Shown here piece by piece: positions 7,971 to 16,466 of a stretch of 27,103 nucleotides of DNA (position 1 is the stretch's first letter; each line of letters starts with the position of its first letter). Under the pieces are notes generated by a model. That model had not been told where the DNA came from. It made no database searches and saw only the letters and a program-made list of their open reading frames with translations. Source of the stretch: a bacterium (GTDB taxonomy: Bacteria; Desulfobacterota; DSWW01); NCBI GenBank assembly GCA_040756235.1, contig JBFLZG010000057.1, positions 1 through 27,103 on the forward strand, given 5' to 3'. A program made the position numbers and the translations under genes.

Positions 7971-9224
7971 TCAGGAAATCGGCCCGAGAAGCCCCTCGAT
8001 CACCCGATCCGTGAGATGGTCGGGGTGACCGTGCCAGCGCACCGTGCCGTCCCGATCCACCGCGACGATACAGGGGATGTTTTCGACGCAATAAGCCTTC
8101 GAGGTCAGGGCCTCGTCATCCACTCCGGTCGGATAGCGCATGGGATGGGAATCGACGAAGCTGCGGATCTTCTCCGCCTCGAACCCGGAACGCTCCCGGC
8201 TGACGCCGAGCACGGCCAAGCCTTTGGACCCGTACTGCTCGACCAGCCGATCCATCTTCGGAATGTTAGCCCGGCAGTGGGGGCACCAGATCGCCCAGAA
8301 GTCCAGCAGCAGGATCCGGCCCCGGAAATCCTCCAGCGCCAGAGGGTCGCATCCGATCCATTCCTTGAGGTGCAACTCCGGCGCCGGGGATCCGACCATC
8401 TCGATCCCTTGCAGCTTCTCGCGCGCTTTCCCCGACTCTTTGGAATTGGAGAAACGCTCGGTAATCTCCCGCAACACCCTGCCGGCGCCTTCCACGTCCC
8501 CCTCGCTCAGGATCAACCCCGACAGCCGGTACAGAGCCTTGGGCGCGTAGTCGGTGCCCGTATACGCGTCGGCCACTTTGCGGTAGGCGGACTTGGCCTG
8601 AAGGGGGTCTCCGGCCGCAGAATAGGCGCCGCCCAGCAGAAACCAGGCCTGGGCCTGGACCAGGCGGTCCTCGGGGTATTTCTTCAGCAGGTCCTGCAAG
8701 GTGAGCAGGGCCTGGCTCACGAAGGCGCGCGCCGCCGGATCCGCGCCGGCCTCCGGCCCATTCTTCTTTGCCAGCTCCAGAAGGATCTCGCCTTTGTACA
8801 GCAGAGCGCGCGGTACACTGTCGCTCCTGGGGCGATGCTCGAGGAAGGCGTTCACCTGCTTCAAGGCTTTCGGGTAGTCGGGCACCACGCGCCAGGCCTG
8901 GATGAGCATGAGCTCCAACGGCTCCGCCCAAGGTGCATCGGGAGACCGGGCGAGAAGCCGCTCGAGCCCGGAAACGACGGCCGGGTAGTTGGAAGCCCGC
9001 AGCTCGGCTTGGACCTGCTGGAATTCCTTGTAGGCTCCCGGGTCATCGGCAAAAAGCACGTTCCAGTCCGGCTGGGAAGTCTTCCGTTTTGCCGCAGTCG
9101 AGGAGTCCGGAGGCGGCGACTCCTTGCACCCGTCCAGGAAACCAGCGATCGCGATCACGAGAAGGAGAAGGCCGAAGAGGCTCCGCAAGTACCTCGAGGC
9201 GCTCCTGAGACAGAATCCCTTCAT
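7971..9224 (-). CDS. Lipoprotein with TPR repeats fused to C-terminal TlpA/ResA-type thioredoxin domain
   Basis: Signal peptide with lipobox-like FLDGC; TPR-like helices (ALLYKGEILL, AWFLLGGAY, ALYRLSGL); LLLDFWAIWCPHC and cis-Pro motif ENIP. Start uncertain (9224 or up to 9323). Confidence 0.85.
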   Translation of the reverse strand: MKGFCLRSASRYLRSLFGLLLLVIAIAGFLDGCKESPPPDSSTAAKRKTSQPDWNVLFADDPGAYKEFQQVQAELRASNYPAVVSGLERLLARSPDAPWAEPLELMLIQAWRVVPDYPKALKQVNAFLEHRPRSDSVPRALLYKGEILLELAKKNGPEAGADPAARAFVSQALLTLQDLLKKYPEDRLVQAQAWFLLGGAYSAAGDPLQAKSAYRKVADAYTGTDYAPKALYRLSGLILSEGDVEGAGRVLREITERFSNSKESGKAREKLQGIEMVGSPAPELHLKEWIGCDPLALEDFRGRILLLDFWAIWCPHCRANIPKMDRLVEQYGSKGLAVLGVSRERSGFEAEKIRSFVDSHPMRYPTGVDDEALTSKAYCVENIPCIVAVDRDGTVRWHGHPDHLTDRVIEGLLGPIS

Positions 9225-9401
9225 CGTCCAGAACCCTTTCACTTGGTACTCTGCATATCCGGCGTGGCGTTCTCGTGAATGCCCACACTGGGGAACGACC
9301 AACGTCTGATGCCGAAGACTCATATTAGTCGAGCCGGCTCCCGGAGTCCATTGCCTCGTCGGCTCCCTGTCGTCGGCTCCCGTGGGCGCCGCATCGGCTC
9401 A

Positions 9402-9430
9402 TTGACCGTCTCGAGTGCGGGCGGTAGACT
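9402..9430 (+). promoter_or_regulatory. Putative sigma70 promoter for aroE-aroK
   Basis: TTGACC-N17-TAGACT; supports the TTG 9508 start rather than 9415. Confidence 0.6.
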
Positions 9431-9507
9431 CGGTCACGGCCGGCCCGCAACCGCACACCCGCAGCCAGGCGCGCTCGGCTCGGAGCCATTCTCGAGGAGG
9501 ACCCCGC

Positions 9508-10359
9508 TTGAGAATCGATGCCACCACGCGCGTCTGCGCCGTCATTGGAAACCCGGTCGAACACTCGCTTTCGCCGGTCCTCCACAACACCGCGTTCGAG
9601 AACGAAGGCCTGGCCATCTGCTACGTGGCTTTTCGCGTGGAGGACCTGGCCGCTGCCATGGCCGGAGCCAGGGCCCTGAACCTCCTCGGGCTCAGCGTCA
9701 CCATACCCCACAAGATCGAGATCCTTCAGTACCTGGACGAGGTGGATGAGACGGCCAGACAGATCGGATCCGTCAACACGGTCTTGAATAGAGACGGCAA
9801 GCTCATCGGCTTCAACAGCGACGGGATGGGAGCCGTCCGGGCACTGCAGGACGCCCAGGTTCCGTTGGCGGACAGGCGGATCCTGGTGCTCGGCTCGGGC
9901 GGAGCCGCCCGCGCGATCGCCTTCTCGGTCGGCAAGGCCGCGCCTTTGCGCGAGATGGAGCTCATCGGGATCGAGAAGGACCCGTGCCGCCGGCTCGCCG
10001 AAGACCTGCAGCGGGTCGTGCCCTTCCCGGTGCGATGGCACGAGCATACCCCGGAGAATCTGGTCCGCGCCGTGGGTCGCGCAGACGGCATCATCCACTG
10101 CACGCCGGTCGGCATGAGCCCTCATCCGGACGCCAGTCTGATCGACGGTCGCCTGTTCAGGCCCGAACAGTTCGTGTTCGACATCGTTTACACCCCTCTG
10201 AAGACCCGCCTCCTGCGGGAGGCCGAAGCGGCCGGGTGCCGGATCATCCCGGGGCTGGAGATGTTTCTTCGCCAGGCGGTCTTCCAGTTCGAGTGCTGGA
10301 CCGGGCGCAAGGCCCCGCTCGACGTCATGCGCGAGGTGGTCCTGGAGTCTCTGGCGTGA
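9508..10359 (+). CDS. aroE: Shikimate dehydrogenase
   Basis: IGNPVEHSLSPVLHN, SVTIPHK, GSVNTV, NSDGMG, LGSGGAARA, FDIVYTP, GLEMFLRQA; GAGGAGG precedes TTG 9508. Confidence 0.95.
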   Translation: MRIDATTRVCAVIGNPVEHSLSPVLHNTAFENEGLAICYVAFRVEDLAAAMAGARALNLLGLSVTIPHKIEILQYLDEVDETARQIGSVNTVLNRDGKLIGFNSDGMGAVRALQDAQVPLADRRILVLGSGGAARAIAFSVGKAAPLREMELIGIEKDPCRRLAEDLQRVVPFPVRWHEHTPENLVRAVGRADGIIHCTPVGMSPHPDASLIDGRLFRPEQFVFDIVYTPLKTRLLREAEAAGCRIIPGLEMFLRQAVFQFECWTGRKAPLDVMREVVLESLA

Positions 10360-10889
10360 ACGTCGTGCTCATCGGCTATCGCGGCTGCGGCAAGTCCACC
10401 GTTGCTCGTCTGCTCGGCATGCGGCTCGGGATGCCGGTCGTTTCCCTGGACGAGGAGATCGTGAAAAGGGCCGGCAAGCGGATCCCCGAGATCGTGGCCG
10501 AATCGGGATGGGAGGCCTTCCGCACCCTGGAATCGGAGATCACGGCCTGTTACGCGGACAAGGACGGCTGGATCATCGATGCCGGCGGCGGCGTCGTGCT
10601 GAGGGGCGAAAACGTCCGCCGGCTGCGGCGCCGCGGCGTCCTGGTCTGGCTCACGGCCGCTCCAGCCGTGCTCTGCGGCCGCATCCGGGACGGCACGGAG
10701 CGCCCCGCATTGAAGGAGGGAAAGACTTTCCTGGAGGAGGTAGAGGAAGTGCTCGCGGAGCGCACCCCGCTTTACGCAGCGGCGGCCCACCTGACGGTGG
10801 AGACCGGCGCGCTGCAACCGGAAGCGGTCGCCGCGCGCGTGCTGGAGCTGCTCGAAGGAGAAAGGTGCTGGGGGTTAGGTGTCAGGTAG
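10356..10889 (+). CDS. aroK: Shikimate kinase
   Basis: VVLIGYRGCGKST P-loop, GWEAFRTLE, DAGGGVV, RPAL, ERTPLY; GTGA overlap with the aroE stop. Confidence 0.93.
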   Translation: MNVVLIGYRGCGKSTVARLLGMRLGMPVVSLDEEIVKRAGKRIPEIVAESGWEAFRTLESEITACYADKDGWIIDAGGGVVLRGENVRRLRRRGVLVWLTAAPAVLCGRIRDGTERPALKEGKTFLEEVEEVLAERTPLYAAAAHLTVETGALQPEAVAARVLELLEGERCWGLGVR

Positions 10890-10967
10890 TAGGCCCCCGT
10901 TGACCCGGCCCAGGGAATTCTTCTGCCTCTTGCGGGCCTGGGGGCAGGTGCTGAACCTGATACCTAA
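10875..10967. repeat. Inverted heptamer-array element, copy 1
   Basis: TTAGGTGTCAGGT (10875-10887) and ACCTGATACCTAA (10955-10967) are inverted repeats (12/13) built of the same 7-mer as 20723-20856. Confidence 0.65.
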
Positions 10968-10975
10968 TATCCCTC

Positions 10976-12415
10976 CTAAAAGCTGCTGAGCTTGACCTTG
11001 CCCACCGGAAACACGTGGAAGCCGATCTTGGCCAGCATTTCCGCAGCCAGCAGGTTGCGGCCGTCGAAGATGAAGGCCGGCTTTTCCATGAGCGCGTAGA
11101 TCCTCTCGTAATCCAGATCCCGGAACTGCCTCCACTCCGTCGCCAGCACGAGCGCGTGGCTTCCGGCCACGGCCTTGTACACATCGTCCTCGTATTGCAC
11201 TTCTGCATCGATCCCCCGCAGGTCCTTGCGGGCGTTCTCCAGGGCCTGCGGGTCCACGATGCTGAGCCTGGCCTTTTCCTCGAGCAGCTTCTTGCACACG
11301 TAGATGGCCGGAGCATCCCGGGTATCCCCCGTGTCCGGTTTGAAGGCAAAGCCGAGGATGGTGATCTTCTTCCCCGTGACCGTGTGGAACATGCTGTCGA
11401 TGATGGTCTCCACGAAGCGCCGCTTCTGGTAGTCGTTGATGCGCACGACCGACTCCCAGTAGTCGGCCACCTCGTGCAGCCCGTAGCCCCGGCACAGGTA
11501 CACGAGGTTGAGGATGTCCTTGCGGAAGCACGATCCCCCGAACCCGACTCCGGCGCGCAGGAATTTCGAGCCGACCCGGGAATCCATGCCGATGGCCCGG
11601 GACACTTCTTCCACGTCGGCACCGGTCTTCTCGCACAGCGCCGAGATGCTGTTGATGGATGAAATCCGCTGTGCGAGAAAAGCGTTGGCCATCAGCTTGG
11701 ACAGCTCGCTGCTCCAGACGTTCGTCTCCAGGATCCGCTCTCTGGGGATCCACCGGGCGTACAAGTCGGCCAGCACCCTGCGGGCCGCCTTGCCGGTCTC
11801 GTTCTCCCTGGAGCCGATCAGGACGCGGTCCGGCTCCTCGAGATCCCGGACCGCACTCCCTTCCGCCATGAACTCCGGGTTGGAGAGCACCTCGAACTGA
11901 ACGCCGTGGTCCGCATTCGAATACAGAATCCGGGCGATCGCCTTGGCCGTGCGCACCGGCACCGTGCTCTTCTCGACCACGATGGTGTGGTTCTTGGAGT
12001 GACGCAGAATGGTGCGTGCCGTCTGTTCCATGTACTGCATGTCTGCGGCGTAGCCGGAGCCGGAGCCGAACTCCTTGGTGGGGGTGTTCACGCAGACGAA
12101 GATCATGTCCGCGTCCTGGATGGATCCGGCCACATCGGGCGAGAAGAACAGGTTCCGGCCCCGCGTCCTGGCGACGATCTCGTCGAGACCGGGCTCGTAA
12201 ATAGGCAGAGCCGCGGAGTTCCAGGACCGGATCTTGGCCTCGTTCGAATCGACGACCGTCACTTTGATATCGGGACAGCGGTCGGCCAGGACCGCCATGG
12301 TCGGGCCGCCGACGTACCCGGCGCCGATGCACAGGATGTTCCGGGGAGTCTTCTTCCAGAGCGCGTCGTCGCCTTTCATCCAGACCCTTTCTCTCGGCCG
12401 CAGCTTCTTGCCCAA
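10976..12415 (-). CDS. ugd: UDP-glucose 6-dehydrogenase (eukaryote-like subtype)
   Basis: CIGAGYVGGPT, VNTPTK, EKSTVPV, SNPEFMAEG, WSSELSKL, catalytic GFGGSCFRKD, GFAFKPDTGDTR, FDGRN. Start is either TTG 12415 or ATG 12379. Confidence 0.95.
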   Translation of the reverse strand: MGKKLRPRERVWMKGDDALWKKTPRNILCIGAGYVGGPTMAVLADRCPDIKVTVVDSNEAKIRSWNSAALPIYEPGLDEIVARTRGRNLFFSPDVAGSIQDADMIFVCVNTPTKEFGSGSGYAADMQYMEQTARTILRHSKNHTIVVEKSTVPVRTAKAIARILYSNADHGVQFEVLSNPEFMAEGSAVRDLEEPDRVLIGSRENETGKAARRVLADLYARWIPRERILETNVWSSELSKLMANAFLAQRISSINSISALCEKTGADVEEVSRAIGMDSRVGSKFLRAGVGFGGSCFRKDILNLVYLCRGYGLHEVADYWESVVRINDYQKRRFVETIIDSMFHTVTGKKITILGFAFKPDTGDTRDAPAIYVCKKLLEEKARLSIVDPQALENARKDLRGIDAEVQYEDDVYKAVAGSHALVLATEWRQFRDLDYERIYALMEKPAFIFDGRNLLAAEMLAKIGFHVFPVGKVKLSSF

Positions 12416-12419
12416 GCCC

Positions 12420-13475
12420 TCAGGTGAGCACCGTCAGGTTCCGTGTCGCACGCTCGACCACCTGCCCGATTCGACGGGCCGCCGGGTAGCCGGCCTCGAC
12501 GAGCGCCTTCACGGCAGCGGCCGCCTCCGCCTCTTCCATGGCCAGCAGCAGTCCGCCCGACGTCTGAGGATCGAACAGGAGGTCCATCATTTCGGAGCTC
12601 AGCGGCGACGGAGACTCCACCCGATCCCGGTAGTGCGATCTGTTGCGACGGGTCCCGCCGGGAACGAACCCTTGGGAGACATATTCGCGGGCCCCCGCCA
12701 GAAAAGGAAGGTCGCCCAGGCGGAGGTCCAGCCCGATCGACGATCGGCGGGCCACCTCCAGGGCGTGGCCCCCGAGTCCGAACCCCGTGACGTCCGTGGC
12801 CGCATGGACCCGGAAGCCTTGCAGGACGTCCACGGCGGCGCGGTTCAACAGTACCATGGATCGCACCATGCCTTCCACGTCCTCGGGCCGGGCCGCCCCC
12901 CCTTTGAGGGCGGTGGAAATGGTACCGGTCCCCAGCCCCTTGGTCAGAACCAGGGCATCGCCCGGGCAGGCTCCCGCCTTGGTCCAGATCCGCCCGGGAG
13001 CGGCGCATCCGGTGACGCTGAAGCCGATCTTCCACTCCTGGTCCTCGATGCTGTGACCGCCCACGAGGAACGCCCCGGCCTCCCGTATCTTCTCGAGCGC
13101 GCCCAGCAGGATCTCCCGCAGAATCGCCTGCTCCTCCTCTCCGGAAGGCGCACAGAGCAGGCTCAGGACGGTCAGGGGCCGTCCCCCCATGGCATACACG
13201 TCGCTCAGGGCGTTGGCAGCCGCGATCTGCCCGAACGAGCGGGGGTCGTCCACGATCGGCGTGATCATGTCCACGGTCTGGATCAATGCCAGATCCGGGG
13301 CGATCTCGAACACGCCGGCATCGTCCGCTTCATCGAGACCCACCAGGACGCGGGGGTCCCGCTCCAGAGGCAGCCCTCGGAGCAACTTGTCCAGGTCCCC
13401 TGGACTGAGCTTGGCCGCTCAGCCCGCTGCCCGGACCCGCTCCGTGAGGCGGCAGGAAGATCCTTTTTCTTTCAT
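12420..13475 (-). CDS. selD: Selenide, water dikinase (selenophosphate synthetase), selenocysteine-containing (UGA at 13419-13421)
   Basis: Reading through TGA gives MKEKGSSCRLTERVRAAG-U-AAKLSPGDLDKLL; downstream DDAGV, QTVD, AANALSDVYAMGG, GGHS, LTKGLGTG, TDVTGFGLGGH, DPQTSGGLL. Purine-rich GGAGAAGAGGG precedes ATG 13475. Confidence 0.95.
13389..13405 (-). promoter_or_regulatory. Putative bacterial SECIS element
   Basis: Perfect hairpin GTCCAGG-GGA-CCTGGAC starting 13 nt 3' of the in-frame UGA. Confidence 0.75.
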
Positions 13476-13644
13476 CCCTCTTCTCCGGCGGAACCAAGAG
13501 GCACGTCGCGTGCCCTTCTCCGAACCGTTGGTCCTTCGCATTCATCGGTCCGCCCAAACGGCCGGCCCAGGGCCAGTCTCACCGGAATGGTCCTGCAAAG
13601 CTTCTGCCGGCCCGCTTGGAGGCGGATGTTAGGGCGGAGCGCCT

Positions 13645-13797
13645 GCTGGTTCATCTTTCCAAAGCCCGCAGCCTCAAAACTCAACCAAGGCTTGGGAAAC
13701 CAGGACGCTCTCGCGCACCTCTTCTCGCCGAGTGAGCGGCTCACCGGCGGCCCTGGACCTCAGCCACGCTGCCGCCCGGTGCAGCTGCGGGCTAGAA
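13645..13797 (-). ncRNA. Candidate structured 5' leader RNA of selD (unassigned family)
   Basis: Starts just after a TATAAT box; perfect 10-bp closing stem AGCCCGCAGC/GCTGCGGGCT with nested stems and a GAGA tetraloop. No known riboswitch consensus recognised. Confidence 0.45.
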
Positions 13798-13803
13798 TGC
13801 CTT

Positions 13804-13833
13804 ATTATACGGATCCCCTGGGCGGGTGATCAA
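13804..13833 (-). promoter_or_regulatory. Sigma70 promoter driving the selD-ugd leader
   Basis: Minus strand TTGATC-N18-TATAAT, in an otherwise very GC-rich context. Confidence 0.7.
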
Positions 13834-13880
13834 CGCCCCGACTGCGATTGCGAAGACCCGGATCCCGTGCTCGGCACGGC

Positions 13881-13933
13881 TTGACATGGCGCTATTGGTT
13901 CATTAACGTATTGTTTCTCCGGTGTACTATTAT
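13881..13933 (+). promoter_or_regulatory. Putative marR promoter and AT-rich operator region
   Basis: TTGACA at 13881-13886; AT-rich stretch with imperfect dyad ATTGTT...TACTAT; -10 position ambiguous. Confidence 0.4.
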
Positions 13934-13965
13934 TCTCCTCCACCTTCGAATTCCACGGGACCCAC

Positions 13966-14427
13966 ATGATTCCCTTCGACGAGAACCTCGGCCTCCACCT
14001 TTTCAAGGCGTACTTCAGTATCTACCGTCATCTGAAGCGGGCTTTCGCCGAACGCGAGATCGAGAACATGAATCCGACCCGGCTCGGCATTCTCCTGGCA
14101 CTGGCGGACGAAGACGGCCTCATCATGTCGAAGTTGGGGCAGAAGCTCTTTCTCGAGAAATCCACCATGACGGGGGTGATCGACAAGGTGGAGGCCGACG
14201 GTCTGGTCGAGCGGCGCACCGATGAGACCGACCGTCGGGCTCTGCGCATCTATCTCACACCCAAGGCCCGGCGCCTGAACGAGCGCATCTTCAAGATCAT
14301 CGACCAGGTCTACCAGGATCTGTCGGGCGGGCTCACGAACGAGGAACTGGCCTGCGCCGTCAAGGTGACCAAGGCGATCGGCCGGGCTGCCTACGACCTC
14401 ACGTCGGGAAACGACAAGAAGCCGTGA
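13966..14427 (+). CDS. MarR family transcriptional regulator
   Basis: wHTH LEKSTMTGVIDKVEADGLVERR and DRRALRIYLTPKA. Confidence 0.93.
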   Translation: MIPFDENLGLHLFKAYFSIYRHLKRAFAEREIENMNPTRLGILLALADEDGLIMSKLGQKLFLEKSTMTGVIDKVEADGLVERRTDETDRRALRIYLTPKARRLNERIFKIIDQVYQDLSGGLTNEELACAVKVTKAIGRAAYDLTSGNDKKP

Positions 14428-14590
14428 CGGCGCCAGGACGCCAGACCGTCTACGGCGGTCAGCACGGCCGGAAGGTTCGAGACGGCCTCCCCGTCCAGCA
14501 GATTCCTCCGGCACGAATTCTCCACCTCCGGGGGCGGCGTCTTGCGCGTACCCGCCGACAACCCCTGGAGCCTGCCCGTTGCCGGTCCGT

Positions 14591-14622
14591 TTGTTGACAA
14601 TGCACCATGCCCTGGTTATAGT
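14591..14622 (+). promoter_or_regulatory. Sigma70 promoter with overlapping dyad operator
   Basis: TTGACA(14594-14599)-N17-TATAGT(14617-14622); dyad TTGT-TG-ACAA (14591-14600) covers the -35. Confidence 0.7.
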
Positions 14623-14801
14623 CCGCGGGTACTGCGGAAAGGGCCTCAGGCGGGTTTTCGGCTTCAGCGGCATGGCTTTGAGCAGCGAGATCGTCATGCG
14701 TGCAAGGCCTGAGCGCGCGGCCGACCGAAAGGGAAGCAAGAGCGGACAGGGACGATCGGGGCGAGCGCGGGCGGCACACGGACAGGGAACGTGAGGACAA
14801 A

Positions 14802-15491
14802 ATGACGGTTCTAGAAGAAGCGATCGCAAGAGGTCAGAAGACGCTCTCCGAGTACGCGTCGAAGCAGTTCCTGGCGTCTCAGGGCATACCGGTCTGCAGG
14901 GAGTTCCTGGTAAGGACGGAACAGGAGGCGATCGAAAAGGCCAAGTCGCTGGGCTTTCCGGTGGCGCTGAAAGCCTGCGGCGCGGCTCTCACTCACAAGA
15001 CCGAGGGCAACCTGATCCGCCTCGGGATCCGGAGCGCGGACGAGCTGAAGGAGGCCGTGCGGGATCTTCAGGGAAGGCAGATAGAGGGCCTGGAAGGGTT
15101 TCTCCTGCAAGAAATGATTCGCGGGCACCGCGAGCTGGTCATGGGTCTCATCCGGGACGCCCAGTTCGGTCCCTGCGTGATGTTCGGATTCGGCGGCATC
15201 TTCACGGAAGTGCTCAACGACGTGACCTTCCGCGTGGCGCCTCTGGAGAAATATGACGCCCTCGAGATGATGGAAGAAATGAGGGCGAAGAAGATCCTGG
15301 ACGCCTTCCGCGGCGAGCCGCCCGTGGACAGGGAGAGCCTGGCACGGTCGCTGATCGCCCTGGGGCAGATCGGGCTCCAGAACCCTGCCATCAAGGAAAT
15401 CGACGTCAATCCGCTCAAGGTCCAGGACGGCAAGCCGATCGCCGTCGACGCCCTGGTCGTGCTGGAGACGGAGAACCAGGAAGCGAAGTAG
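14802..15491 (+). CDS. ADP-forming acetate/acyl-CoA ligase beta subunit (ATP-grasp), stand-alone
   Basis: LSEYASKQFL, GFPVALK, HKTEG, LLQEM, RDAQFGPCVMFGFGGIFTE, IKEIDVNPL, AVDALVVL; GAGG precedes ATG 14802. Confidence 0.9.
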   Translation: MTVLEEAIARGQKTLSEYASKQFLASQGIPVCREFLVRTEQEAIEKAKSLGFPVALKACGAALTHKTEGNLIRLGIRSADELKEAVRDLQGRQIEGLEGFLLQEMIRGHRELVMGLIRDAQFGPCVMFGFGGIFTEVLNDVTFRVAPLEKYDALEMMEEMRAKKILDAFRGEPPVDRESLARSLIALGQIGLQNPAIKEIDVNPLKVQDGKPIAVDALVVLETENQEAK

Positions 15492-15537
15492 GGGCGAATA
15501 ATCATTCGCCCTGGGGCGAAGAATCTTTCGCCCCTAC
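15488..15537. repeat. GTAG-tagged REP doublet
   Basis: GTAGGGGCGAATAATCATTCGCCC-T-GGGGCGAAGAATCTTTCGCCCCTAC: two inverted palindromic units with GTAG/CTAC ends between convergent genes. Confidence 0.85.
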
Positions 15538-15553
15538 GAGTTGCGCACCAGCC

Positions 15554-16432
15554 CTAGCGCCTACCTAACCGGATCTTGTAGCGCTCCCCCCCCTGCTGGA
15601 ACACCACCCCGTCCTCCTGGATCTCGTCTACCAGCTTGCCATCGATCTGGTCCCCCTCGTGCAGGGTCCTGAGGTTGATAACGGCAAACCGGTTGGCGGG
15701 CTCCACGCTCCAGACCACTGCGCTGATTCGGATTCCCCTTTCCTCTATCGCCGTCGCCCTCCTCGGCTCGCCCTCCACCGCGAGGTCCTCTTCGGTTTCC
15801 CCCGGAACCGTCTCCTCGACGGGTGCCGCCGGCTCGTAGGCTTCCGGCTCCTCCTCGGCCCCTTCCGGTTCGTCGGGAGGAGGCGGTTCTTCCTCCGCCC
15901 CCGGCCATGCTTCCGGCGGATGGTCTACGGGCGAGAGAGAAGCCAGAGGTCCGCCGGCAGGCTCTTCCTCTCGTGCTTGGTCTCCGGGCGACGTGGCGGT
16001 GGGCGGCAGAGCGGGGATTTGCCGATAGGGGGTTTCCGCCGGGCCTGCAGCGGCGCGCATTTGTGGGCCCTCAGGCAGCGCGGAGGGAGGCGGGGCCGTC
16101 TCCGGCGATAGCACCGGCAGGCCCTCGCCCTCATCGTCTGCGGCGGCCTGCGCCCGGGCCGGCTCCTCGGTCCTGACCGCCTTCTCGCCCGGCTCCTCTA
16201 CGCGGGCCGAGGGCTCCTGGCGCACGCTCCGCCAATAAGCCGTCCCGCCCAATGCCAGCAGCGCCAGGACCAGAGCCGCTGTTCCCAGCCAGGCCGCGCG
16301 CCGCCGCCGGAGCGGCCCTTTTCCTTGATCCGCCGAAACAGGCTCCAGAGTCATCTGGAGCGGGTCTCTGCCCTGCCGGGCTCTCCTCTTGTCCTCTTCG
16401 AGCTTTCTGAGGGCGTCCAGAATCGTGCTCAT
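15554..16432 (-). CDS. gspB: General secretion pathway protein B (GspB/ExeB-like)
   Basis: N-terminus MSTILDALRKLE, single TM, long Pro/Glu-rich linker, C-terminal ISAVVWS..PANRFAVIN...EGD...I...GVVF domain; directly downstream of exeA. Confidence 0.85.
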   Translation of the reverse strand: MSTILDALRKLEEDKRRARQGRDPLQMTLEPVSADQGKGPLRRRRAAWLGTAALVLALLALGGTAYWRSVRQEPSARVEEPGEKAVRTEEPARAQAAADDEGEGLPVLSPETAPPPSALPEGPQMRAAAGPAETPYRQIPALPPTATSPGDQAREEEPAGGPLASLSPVDHPPEAWPGAEEEPPPPDEPEGAEEEPEAYEPAAPVEETVPGETEEDLAVEGEPRRATAIEERGIRISAVVWSVEPANRFAVINLRTLHEGDQIDGKLVDEIQEDGVVFQQGGERYKIRLGRR

Positions 16433-16466
16433 CTGCAGTGGGTCTCCCGGGGCAGGGCTCGCCCTT

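Noticed and set aside
13472..13744. 90-aa ORF whose TGA overlaps the selD ATG
   Set aside because: No motif or clear RBS, and it lies in the structured leader. A leader peptide cannot be fully excluded.
13476..13800. Possible tRNA-Sec or known riboswitch upstream of selD
   Set aside because: No UCA anticodon arm, TTCGA T-loop or known aptamer consensus found.
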